Shown: positions 13,389 through 25,700 of the stretch, in pieces
How the letters are laid out: each line of letters begins with the position of its first letter
Position numbering within the stretch: position 1 is the first letter of the stretch
NCBI GenBank assembly: GCA_964247055.1
Contig: OZ176053.1
Span: 372,001 to 436,000, forward strand
DNA: 64,000 nt
Source: Paragordius varius
Taxonomy: Eukaryota > Animalia > Nematomorpha
Direction of reading: 5' to 3'
Translations under genes and position numbers: made by a program
The notes under the pieces: generated by a model
The model's database searches: none
What the model was told of the DNA's origin: nothing
What the model saw: only the letters and a program-made list of their open reading frames with translations

Positions 13389-16300
13389 TCATAAATCTGA
13401 TCTGCAACCAAACCCTGGGCCCGTAGGAGCTTCAGTTAAACTGGTTAATCCATCAATAGGTTCACACGCAAAACGTCGAGACCTAGTTTTGAAATATATG
13501 AAAATAGTGTTAAAATGTTCATTTTCATGCAAAAATGTCGTTTTCAATTAAATTTTTATTTTCTTTTATATTAAGTTTTTTTAAAAGAGGTGTTAGGTAG
13601 TAATATATATATGGTTTTACTCCAATATTTTAAACCTATAATTTCTACTTTTTTAATTTGTCTCAAAAATTTAAATTTTAAATAATATTGATAACTTTAA
13701 ATAGAATGTTTCAAATTAACAATGGTTAAATAAAATGAAATTTTTATTACGATTTATAAAATTGTTATATTCCGAATTGTTACTGCTAAATAAATCTAAA
13801 GCTTGTAAATAATTTTATAGCAAAAAAAGAAAAAACAATCAAAGTGCTTGGTTCACAATGACTCCAATTTTAGAGCAAGAAATGTTAAAATCTCAAAAAA
13901 AAAGAAATTACCTTTTTTTATAAAACTTATATTAGATTTGGTTCGAACACTCAAATAACTTATAAATTTTAGATAGGCAGGATATTAAAAAAACACTTGG
14001 TCTTAATCTAAAATTAAGAAGTGCATTAAAGAGAATAAGCTAACTTTTTTATATGGGCACCTTTTACATATACAACATTTACAGTTCAAATTCACCCTAA
14101 AAATATATTATGTGTGTTAAACTAATATACAGTATGCATTTTAATGTCTGTTAAGTAATTTTATTGCCTGCCAAATAACATAAATGGTTTATCAAAAGCG
14201 TAAAATACTGACCCACGAAATTATTTCGTAGTACACATATGAAAGAGGATTGACGTGAGAATTAACATAGGCTTTAATTTGATGGATATTTTGTAATGTT
14301 AAATTTTGGGAATATTATAGCAATTTATGTTAACATTTGTAATATTGTTGATACGTATTTAGATGCGGAATTTTGTGGGTTTTTATCTTTGATAAATTAA
14401 TAAATAGTAAAATACGTATTTTAAGATATTTTATGTTAATTATTCCTAAATTTAATAATAAATATTTTTTAACATGCTAAATACCTGTATTAATTAATCT
14501 TGGTATCATAATTTTATATAGTTGTTATTACTAATTAAAAAAACACAGGTAAATATATATTTGTGAAAATTTAAGTAGATTTTTGTCTTTTATGTTTTGC
14601 ATTATTTTTATCAGGTAAAAATTGCGGTTTTTAATAAATTTCCTAAAAATTTAGTTTTTTTTTGTTTTTTAGGTTTTGCATTGTTAGTTGTAATTAATTA
14701 CTACATATTTTGGACATTATAATAATTACAGGTAAAAATTGCGGTTTTTAACAAATTCAGTAAAAATTTAGTTTTTTTTGTTTTGCATTGTTAATTGTAA
14801 TTAACTACTACATATTTTGGACATTTTAATAATTACAGGTAAAAATTGCGGTTTTTAATAAATTTCCTAAAAATTTAGTTTTTTTTTGTTTTTTAGGTTT
14901 TGCATTGTTAGTTGTAATTAATTACTACATATTTTGGACATTATAATAATTACAGGTAAAAATTGCGGTTTTTAACAAATTCAGTAAAAATTTAGTTTTT
15001 TTTGTTTTGCATTGTTAATTGTAATTAACTACTACATATTTTGGACATTTTAATAATTACAGGTAAAAATTACGGTTTTTAATAAATTTCCTAAAAATTT
15101 AGTTTTTTTTTGTTTTTTAGGTTTTGCATTGTTAGTTGTAATTAATTACTACATATTTTGGACATTTTAATAATTACAGGTAAAAATTGCGGTTTTTAAC
15201 AAATTTAGTAAAAATTTTGTTTTTTTTGTTTTTTTAGGTTTTGCATTGTTAATTGTAATTAACTACTACATATTTTGGACATTTTAATAATTACAGGTAA
15301 AAATTGCGGTTTTTAATAAATTTCCTAAAAATTTAGTTTTTTTTTGTTTTTTAGGTTTTGCATTGTTAGTTGTAATTAATTACTACATATTTTGGACATT
15401 TTAATAATTACAGGTAAAAATTGCGGTTTTTAACAAATTTAGTAAAAATTTTGTTTTTTTTGTTTTTTTAGGTTTTGCATTGTTAATTGTAATTAACTAC
15501 TACATATTTTGGACATTTTAATAATTACAGGTAAAAATTGCGGTTTTTAACAACAGTAAAAATTTGGTTTTTTTTGTTTTTTTTAGGTTTTGCATTGTTA
15601 ATTGTAACTAACTACTGCATATTTTGGACATTATAATAATTACAAAATTTAGTAAAAAGTTATTTTTTTTGTTTTAGAGGATTTTCATTGTTAATTGTAA
15701 TTAATTAATTTTGGACATTTCAATTAATAAAGGTAAAAAATGAGGTTGTTTTTATATTTAATAAAATTTAATATTTTCTTGTTTTTTTATTTAATATTGT
15801 TAATTGTAATTAATTACTACATATTTGGAAATTTTAATAAATACAGGTGAAAATGGAAATGTAACATTTTTTGTATCTTGTATCATTGTTATTTAATTAA
15901 TTACTAAATATTTTGGACATTTAAAAAACGTGTAAATTGCGGTTTTTATTAAATTAGTAAATTTTATTTTTTGTTCAACCTTGCTAATTTATTTATCACT
16001 ATATATTTGTGATACATTGATATATACAGGTAAAAATTACTATGACTTGCGGTTTTTTGAATTTTTTAAAATATTTTTTTTACATTGATAACTTATATAA
16101 TAAATATAGTTAACATATCTGAGTAGGTAAAAATGCATGTTACGGTTTTATGTTTGACATTTTATTTTCCATCAACTATTTATATTTTAACAAACAACTT
16201 ATGTCACCAAAGATTGAAAATAAGATCAAGATATATAAAACATCTTTTAAAGTATCTGAATATCGCCAAATATAAATAAATTTATTTAAATTATAAATGT

Positions 16301-19300
16301 ATAATTATACAAAATATTCATATTATGTTTGAAATTAACATTCTTCTTATTGATATTAATACAGGTAATTTGTTTATATAAATGATGTACGATGCGGTGT
16401 GCGTTCATGATGATCATATGGATTGAAGAATAGTATAAGATGTAGATAATCCTGAAAATTTCACCATCATTTTTTAGGTAGATTCTATCACCTAAAATAT
16501 AAGATAATTGATATATTAGAAAATTGATACCTGGAAATATTGGGGGAAACATTCATAGTTTGAAAGGGAACTCAAAAGGTTGCCTTGGCTTTTTAACAAC
16601 TAAATTTGCAAAAAAATATTTTCTTCATGATAAAATATTCAAAAATGATACTTTATGTTTTTTTTCGTTCTACCATCCTAAACTATAAATATGAAAAGGC
16701 TTATATGATTTCACCATACCAATGACGTCAAATAGAAAATAGAAACAAATAATTTTTTTCAAAAGCTTGGAATGCAACAGCACTCCAAAAGCAGGCAACA
16801 CTAGCATTGTTTGCTTTGGTGAAGAATAATTTTTTATATTTATAGTTTAGGATGGTAAAACGAAAACGTATAATAAGGTATCATTTTTGAATATTTTATC
16901 ATGAAGAAAATATTTTTTTGCAAATTTAGTTGTTAAAAAGCCAAGTCAACCTTTTGAGTTCCCTTTCAAACTATGAATGTTTCCCCCAATATTTAATCCA
17001 GGTATCAATTTTCTAATATATCAATTATCTTATATTTTAAGTGATAGAATCTACCTAAAAAATGATGGTGATTAAAATTTTCAGGATTATCTACATCTTA
17101 TACTATTCTTCAATCCATATGATCATCATGAATGCACACCGCATCGTACATCATTTATATAAACAAATTACCTGTATTAATATCAATAAGAAGAATGTTA
17201 ATTTCAAACATAATATGAATATTTTGTATAATTATACATTTATAATTTAAATAAATTTATTTATATTTGGCGATATTCAGATACTTTAAAAGATGTTTTA
17301 TATATCTTGATCTTATTTTCAATCTTTGGTGACATAAGTTGTTTGTTAAAATATAAATAGTTGATGGAAAATAAAATGTCAAACATAAAACCGTAACATG
17401 CATTTTTACCTACTCAGATATGTTAACTATATTTATTATATAAGTTATCAATGTAAAAAAAATATTTTAAAAAATTCAAAAAACCGCAAGTCATAGTAAT
17501 TTTTACCTGTATATATCAATGTATCACAAATATATAGTGATAAATAAATTAGCAAGGTTGAACAAAAAATAAAATTTACTAATTTAATAAAAACCGCAAT
17601 TTACACGTTTTTTAAATGTCCAAAATATTTAGTAATTAATTAAATAACAATGATACAAGATACAAAAAATGTTACATTTCCATTTTCACCTGTATTTATT
17701 AAAATTTCCAAATATGTAGTAATTAATTACAATTAACAATATTAAATAAAAAAACAAGAAAATATTAAATTTTATTAAATATAAAAACAACCTCATTTTT
17801 TACCTTTATTAATTGAAATGTCCAAAATTAATTAATTACAATTAACAATGAAAATCCTCTAAAACAAAAAAAAATAACTTTTTACTAAATTTTGTAATTA
17901 TTATAATGTCCAAAATATGCAGTAGTTAGTTACAATTAACAATGCAAAACCTAAAAAAAACAAAAAAAACTAAATTTTTACTAAATTTGTTAAAAACCGC
18001 AATTTTTACCTGTAATTATTAAAATGTCCAAAATATGTAGTAGTTAATTACAATTAACAATGCAAAACAAAAAAACTAAATTTTTACTGAATTTGTTAAA
18101 AACTGCAATTTTTACCTGTAATTATTATAATGTCCAAAATATGTAGTAATTAATTACAACTAACAATGCAAAACCTAAAAAACAAAAAAAAACTAAATTT
18201 TTAGGAAATTTATTAAAAACCGCAATTTTTACCTGTAATTATTAAAATGTCCAAAATATGTAGTAGTTAATTACAATTAACAATGCAAAACAAAAAAAAC
18301 TAAATTTTTACTGAATTTGTTAAAAACCGCAATTTTTACCTGTAATTATTATAATGTCCAAAATATGTAGTAATTAATTACAACTAACAATGCAAAACCT
18401 AAATAACAAAAAAAAACTAAATTTTTAGGAAATTTATTAAAAACCGCAATTTTTACCTGATAAAAATAATGCAAAACATAAAAGACAAAAATCTACTTAA
18501 ATTTTCACAAATATATATTTACCTGTGTTTTTTTAATTAGTAATAACAACTATATAAAATTATGATACCAAGATTAATTAATACAGGTATTTAGCATGTT
18601 AAAAAATATTTATTATTAAATTTAGGAATAATTAACATAAAATATCTTAAAATACGTATTTTACTATTTATTAATTTATCAAAGATAAAAACCCACAAAA
18701 TTCCGCATCTAAATACGTATCAACAATATTACAAATGTTAACATAAATTGCTATAATATTCCCAAAATTTAACATTACAAAATATCCATCAAATTAAAGC
18801 CTATGTTAATTCTCACGTCAATCTTCTTTCATATGTGTACTACGAAATAATTTCGTGGGTCAGAATTTTACGCTTTTGATAAACCATTTATGTTATTTGG
18901 CAGGCAATAAAATTACTTAACAGACATTAAAATGCATACTGTAATTCATTTTTAATATAAATTATAACTTTATGGCAATTGTTTATTTTTTCAATATTAG
19001 TTTTAATTTTAAACAAAATTTCATTTTAAAATATAAATTTAATCTTAAAAAACACTTTAATTATTTTCAGGGTGAATTTAAATTGTTTAAGGATTAATTT
19101 GAATTGTAAATGGTAGATATATATAATATAAATATGTGCAATATGAGAGGGACGTATAGTCATCAAAAAATATCATTTTTTTCTTTTTTTTGAGATTTTA
19201 TGAAACCAAGGTCTAGGCTTGGGGGTACTCAAGCAAGATACATGCAATTTTTAACGGTTTCATCTCAAAATCCCTACTAGGTACGACCATAAAACGCTTA

Positions 19301-20442
19301 TTTTATTCGAAAAACCTATATTTTGTATTCTAAACAGGCAGTGCTTAAACCCCAGCTTGTTTAACCTGATACACGCAACTTTTAAGACCTTATACAAAGT
19401 TTTAGAAAAGTGTATTAACTTACGGTTTCTCTCTTTCTAGGCTTAAACTCATCATAAAATGCCACCTTTGTGTTAAAAACACATTTTTACACGTATTTAA
19501 ACAAACAACCACCTAGGTCCAGTTTTAGGTTCATTAATATCAATATGTTTTAACATTGTTTCTATCTCAAAAACTACTGATTTAAAAAACGTAAAAGTGC
19601 ATTAAAACTATACTGTATCTCTAATGAAAGCTAAAGTAATCTAAAATAACTAACTCATTTTCAATGAAAAAAACATATGTCTAGTCTTAATTTTAAGCGT
19701 TTTTTCTCATCAAAAACCAGGTAAAACCTTATACAAAGTTTTAGAAAAGTGTATTAAAATTACGGTTTCTCTCTCTCGCTCTAGGCTTAAACTCATCATA
19801 AAGTGCCACCTTTGTGTTAAAAACCACATTTTTACACGTATTTAAACAAAACAACCACCTAGGTCCAGCCTTAGGTAATTTATCATGAGTATCGATGTGA
19901 TCTAGAATGGCATGTACAGATTCTGGTGTCAAATCTTCAAAGTAATCATCATTAATTGCCATCATGGGGGCATTAACACAGGCACCTAAACACTCCACGC
20001 ATGTTAGGGTGTAACGCCTATTCTCTGTGGTAGCTAAATGGCTCCCTTTCAGACCTATTGATATGTATATATATAAATCATTTACAATTCAAATTCACCC
20101 TCCTTTATATGTTTTTTTAGATAAAATATTATTATATATACCATTTACAATTCAATTTCACCCTTAAACAATTCAAATTCCCCCTTGAACAATTCTTCAC
20201 CCGCGAACAATTCAAATTCACCCTCCTTTATATGTTTTATAAAATTATCTATATTATTATATAGTTTTAAAAAAAAATAAAATTTTGTTGAAAAATAAAG
20301 CACTGAAAAAATAATAAATTATGCCATAAAGATAAATATATTTCTTCATACTAATAATGAGTTATATTAGTTGCCTGAAAACACATTATTTATTTTTAGG
20401 GTGGTGAATTTGAATTGTTCGAGGGTAAATTAGAACTGTAAT

Positions 20443-20478
<36 letters not shown>

Positions 20479-22168
20479 GTAAAAATTTGGTCTGTATGGA
20501 TAAATAAATTGAATAAAGATAGGAATAGAAAAATAATAAGTTATTTTGGAATGATTGCTTATCAAATACTGTGAAAATAACAGCTGTTTAAAGAATTCTT
20601 TTATAAGCTACAAACCCTTTTAAGTGAAATAATATTATAATTTATATGATTAAATAATTTCTCGCAACCAATTTCAAACAATAAACCTGTTAATTCTTTT
20701 GATTATGAAACCAGAATATTTTTGTGCCCAGAATTTTTTATACTATTAATGCCGAACAATAATTAATTTTTAAATTTGAGTTTTCCTAATTAATTAATTT
20801 AACTGTATATTACAGTAAAAATTGAAGTTATACGGACAAAACGTAAAAATATAAATACAAATATTTTTTTCTAAAAGACAACAACCATACTTTTTAAATC
20901 TTATTAAATGGCAAAGTTTGAAATAGATAGCACAATCAATTCTATGTTTTACAATTGTAACTAAATATCTTATATGAAAAAAATTAAGGTTTTAAAAAGT
21001 ATGAAGGTTGTCTTATAGAAATAAATATTTGACTTTGTATATTTACGTTTTGTCCGTATAATTTTTATTAATATACTAATAAAGCAAATTAATACCAAGT
21101 CTTTTTTGAAGCGTTTCTAAAATAAGGTCACTCCCTACCCCACCTAACATACAGGGTGTCGTCGTACATAGTTGAATGTGATATTTCCCAATCGGTTCTC
21201 TATATCATAAATTAAAAATTAAATACCACCAAATATTGAATATGATTAATTCTTACTAATTATATCGTTTGAGCAAATAAAAAACAACTTAACAATTATA
21301 AAATCTTAAATGAAAAAAAAATTCTTTGCAAAGATCCCCTCAGTATAAAAAATTAAAACACGAAAGGGTAAAGATATAAACAAGAGTTTACGTATTTTGT
21401 GTCTTTTTTAAAAAATTACTGCACAATTATTTATTATAAATGAATTATTCAATATGATTTAGGAAAAAAAATTATAATATTAAACTATTACCTAATGTAC
21501 ATTGTGTAAAAGGTGGCGACTTCATAAACTCGCATACGAGGAATTTTAAGTATTTCAGCAACTTTGTGCATTGCTGAGATTGGTAACCATCCTAAAATAT
21601 AATAAAATATCGTTTTAATAAAAAAATTTTATTGTAAATTAAAAATTAAAGATATAAAGGGATAATATTTAATCCAAAATTTATCCATATAATTTAAAAT
21701 TTTTAAATTCAGTTCCAATTTACATTTTTATTCATTATTTGGCAACCAAAAAACGATAAAAAGGTTTATTTAAAAAAAGTTAAAAATTACGGTGTGACGC
21801 ATAAAAACTATAAGTCTTTTAGTTTTTAATGATGTCTTTATAATTTCAAAATATAATCATAAAAAAATAATACCATGCTGCCTTTGTGCTATATCTAATA
21901 TAGGCATGACTGCGGCTCTTTCGAAACCTTTAGGGTAAATTTTTATGATTGCATCAATTTTCTATAAATTGTAACATGATTAATTAACTTTTAATGATTC
22001 CTTATTAAATTCGAACGGTGTATTTGCACTATTCACATCAGAATCTCTGTGCTAAAATTAAATTTTTAACTCAAAATGACTTACCACATAAAGTTGATCG
22101 GATAAAAACCGTACTTTATTGTTGTTTATTCGAGTTTGGCTTAAAACTAACCTAGCTAATCTATTCAT
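13389..22168 (-). CDS. NDUFV2: NADH:ubiquinone oxidoreductase 24-kDa subunit (complex I, 2Fe-2S)
   Basis: Exons (minus) 22168-22085, 22051-21989, 21961-21874, 21591-21492, 21199-21096, 20054-19859, 13482-13389 in frame. [66 protein letters not shown]; all four Fe-S Cys present. Confidence 0.97.
14612..15645 (+). repeat. Tandem array of 117/107-bp units in the left arm of the foldback element
   Basis: CAGGTAAAAATTGCGG unit starts at 14612, 14729, 14836, 14953, 15060, 15177, 15294, 15411, 15528, followed by degenerate units. Confidence 0.95.
17895..18459 (-). repeat. Mirror tandem array (117/107-bp units) in the right arm of the foldback element
   Basis: Reverse-complement unit ends at about 18012, 18118, 18235, 18342, 18459; four fewer units than the left arm. 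Confidence 0.95.
20079..20444. mobile_element. M2 MITE with duplicated left end in NDUFV2 intron 5
   Basis: CATTTACAATTCAAATTCACCC at about 20079 and again at about 20141; right end GAACTGTAATGG followed by (TA)n. Confidence 0.8.
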
Positions 22169-22213
22169 CTCACAACAGACTCAACTTGATTTATGTGTGT
22201 ATGAAACTAAAGC
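22169..22213. promoter_or_regulatory. 45-bp head-to-head interval between NDUFV2 and LSM8 start codons (putative bidirectional promoter core)
   Basis: Divergent ATGs at 22168 (-) and 22214 (+), both matching the expected N-termini. Regulatory function is inferred. Confidence 0.55.
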
Positions 22214-22798
22214 ATGGCATCATTGGAGACTTTTGTCAATCGTAAGTTTTTAAATTTTTTATAAATAATTTAACTTTAGATATGGTGTCTATTATAACAT
22301 CAGATGGGAGAAATATTGTGGTTTATTAATATATTTAAATTATTTTAGGGAACACTAAAAGGTTTTGATCAAACTGTGAATGTTATCTTGGAGGATAGTC
22401 ATGAACGTGTTTATAGTTCTACGCAAGGCGTTGAACAAGTCGTTTTAGGACTGTATATAGTTCGTGGCGATAATATGTAAATATTTTTTTTTATAAAAAC
22501 TATTTTTATTCAAAACCATTTTTTAATTTCACAGACATCATTTTTTGGTTCGAAAATACCATTAAACAGTGTATAAAAAAATAAGTGCATGCTTTGTAAA
22601 AAAATATTATTTTAATGTAAAAATAAAATTTAAATTAAAAAATTTTGTTTTTAATTGTAAAAAGTGTTATTTTTGAATGAAAAATGGTATATTTTTAATT
22701 TTTTTAGAATTCTAATCGGAGAACTGGATGAGGAAATTGATAAGAATCTTGATTTTGCCAACATAAAAGCAGAACCATTGAATCCAATGGTGAGATAA
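22214..22798 (+). CDS. LSM8: U6 snRNA-associated Sm-like protein LSm8
   Basis: Exons 22214-22241, 22280-22320, 22349-22476, 22708-22798: MASLETFVNHMVSIITSDGRNIVGTLKGFDQTVNVILEDSHERVYSSTQGVEQVVLGLYIVRGDNIILIGELDEEIDKNLDFANIKAEPLNPMVR, collinear with human LSm8. Confidence 0.97.
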
Positions 22799-25700
22799 AA
22801 TAAGTGGGAAAAAATCATTGATTGTACATAATATAATTGTATCCAATACTGTAATAAATGCAAATATTTCTTTTATTTTATATTTTCTTTTTACATTACA
22901 CCGACTTTTAATTTTTTTAGTTTTACAATATAATTTATCGGTTTTTTATATATTGATCTCATATGCTACTTTTTTTTATTTGTATGTTACTATTATAATT
23001 CGGAACCTAAGAACTAAAAACGATTATTCTAATTTTAAAGACTGTAATCGTAGTTAAAAATTATAATAGTTAGCTTTTATATTTACTAAAAATTTTTTTT
23101 AATAATGAAATCATAACAGTATTTATATGCTTTATTGTGAATTCGACTTTTCTAAAACTTTGGTAGAGTTACTTTCATCATCAAAGGTTTAAATATACTG
23201 TTTTTTTTTCATGTCTAAAAGCTCTTCTGTCCGAATAAGTGAAAAAGCGCACCATTTTTAAATATATATATATATATATATATTATATGACGTTTTCATT
23301 TATATTTTAATTAAATATATTTTTATAAACGTTGAATAGCGGAATAAAAGATTAATGATTAATTTTCTAAATATATTGGGAGTATATTTACAGTAAAACT
23401 TGAAATTATACGGACAAAACGTAAAAATATAAATATTTTTTTTTAAAGACAACCATACTTTTTTTACCCTTAAACTTTTCTATATAAGCTATTTTGACAC
23501 AATCGTAAATTATAGAGTAGATTGTGTTAGTGACATATCTCTATTTCACACTTGGCCATTTAAAGCAATTAGTTTTATTTGAGTCAAGTCATTGTCTTTT
23601 TTAAAAAAATATTTGTCTTTATATTTTTACGTTTTGTCCGTATAATTTTACTGTTTACTGTAATATAATATCTTAGGGAAAAAATTGAATCGTAGAAGTT
23701 TATAATATTATTTTTAAATATTGATAAAACTTTTTTAGCACCAGCAGAACAGAATATTTTTATACATTTTCATATTTTTACTATGAAAATGTATAAAAAT
23801 TGTCTAATTAGAAATGCGTAAATTCACTTTTTCGTTTACTAAAAAAACCAAATTAATTAAAATAATTTTGAGCAATTAAGTATTTTGTTAGAATATCACT
23901 CTTTTTTCTTCTAAGAGTGATATAATATTTACCGTATTTGTGCAAATAGTGTACTTTTTCCAAATGTTTATTAGATTGGAATAGTCTCAATATAAAAATT
24001 TTATTTAAGCAAATTGGGCTAATTATCACAAATGAAGGAGTATACAATTGATTCCAAAAAAATTAAATCACTTTAATTCGTTTAGTTTCCAAAATTTAAT
24101 TAATATTTGAATAGAATGTCTTCAGTTTTTATTCCATTAGGCGGTTTTGATTACGATTCTGTGATAAAATTTTACTTATGAGGTGATAGATGTGTTCAGC
24201 ATTATTGAATTATGTTTAAAAGTGTTTTTATATTTATTATAGCGCTTTTATCCCGTTTCCATTTTGTCCCAAAATAATAAGAAGTAACTTCAACATAATT
24301 TTACTATAAAATAATTTTTGGGCAAAATATCCAATTTTCGGGAAAATGATTTCTTTATGCCAAAAGTTAGCCATTATTTAAATCGCGCAACATCGACATT
24401 TTTGCTTTTGTTTTAAATTAGCCGATTTTAGAAGAACGAAAAATTTGGGACTTTCGGAGCCAATATGAGATTTTTGTTTTGTTCCTATATGTATAGTTTA
24501 TGAGATATTTTAGTGATTTTTTTGGAATGAAGCATTTAGCTTTCAACAAAAATAATTATTCAACAAAATGTCGCAAATTTTTTCATTTTCTTATATGAAG
24601 CTGTCGCTACAAAAATTTAAATAACATTTTTAAATTATTCGTAGGGGCCAAAACAAAAAGCACCATGTTAATCTTGATATATTTTCCTATCATAATATAC
24701 CATTTGCACTTCAAGAGTGTACCACTTTAAGTTAGCCCTTGAACATTTCAAATTGGTCCTTCAACAATTCATGTTGATCCTTGATTTAAATTGGTCCTTG
24801 AACACTTCAAATTTGACTTTTTTTTGTTTTGTTTTGTTTTTAACTTTCAAGCAAATCGTATATAATTTATCTATATCATCGTTTTTAACCTATATTATTT
24901 AACATAAATTTTATATTTATATCAACTTTTAACATTGAAAAACCGTATATCTTTATTAAATTCATATTATTTTGGAAATTTATAAGATCTTAACACGTAA
25001 CTAAAAAATATTTATAATTTTTCATTTAAAACATTTAAAAACTACTATTTTTGTTAAATGGAAAAAATTAGCTTGAAATAAAAAAGTGGTTTTTAAATAA
25101 CAATTTTTATCTCTTTAATGAAATATATAATAAGTGAAGAAAATTAAATTATAAAATAATAAATTACATAAATACATGCAAAAATTATGGTTAAATCAAA
25201 ATTTAAAAATTTTAAGACCGATTTGCAGTGTTAGACCACCTTGAAATGTTCAAGGACACTAGTGCAAATGGTATATATATATATATCCGAAAGTTAATTA
25301 AGTATCTAGTTAATAAAATTTAAATCTTTTACCACATTATTTTTATTCAAATTTAACATCATAGTGCAATTTCATAGTTTTCCTTGTAACTCCATAAAGT
25401 CCGTAAAGGACCTTTTATTGTAAAATCTCAATATAATATGGTTCGCGTTTGAATTATCTTTATGAAACTTATTAACAAACAATTAATTAGTTGACGCGTT
25501 TTCCTTTATTCTATTTCCTATTTGACCTAATGTACGATAAAAGCGCTATTTTGATTTTTACAAAAATAAATATAACTAATTTAAATTTAATGTTTAATCG
25601 CATTTATCAATTAAAATATTTATTATCTGGTCACATATGAGTTATAGACATTTATTTTTGGATCGCACCGTTTCGGAGAATAAATAATTACTGTAACAAA

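Larger units (their letters stand above)
14130..18941. mobile_element. 4.8-kb foldback (near-palindromic) non-autonomous DNA transposon with CAGT termini and TA target duplication
   Basis: TA|CAGTATGCATTTTAATG at 14130 and CATTAAAATGCATACTG|TA at 18941. Arms about 14130-16697 and 16831-18941 are reverse complements along their whole length around a ~130-bp spacer. The flanks rejoin into one copy of the 21-bp-repeat MITE. Confidence 0.92.

Noticed and set aside
14612-15645. 117/107-bp array as a CRISPR-like locus
   Set aside because: Units are contiguous near-identical repeats with no unique spacers; eukaryotic context; no cas genes.
16286-17250. ORFs 16286-16552 (-) and 17062-17250 (+) as genes
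   Set aside because: They are mirror images produced by the inverted repeat; no recognisable motif.
14130-18941. Palindrome as an assembly or amplification artefact
   Set aside because: Arms differ by substitutions, indels and repeat number, the ends carry a TA duplication, and the flanks rejoin into one MITE. Spanning reads are still the final test.
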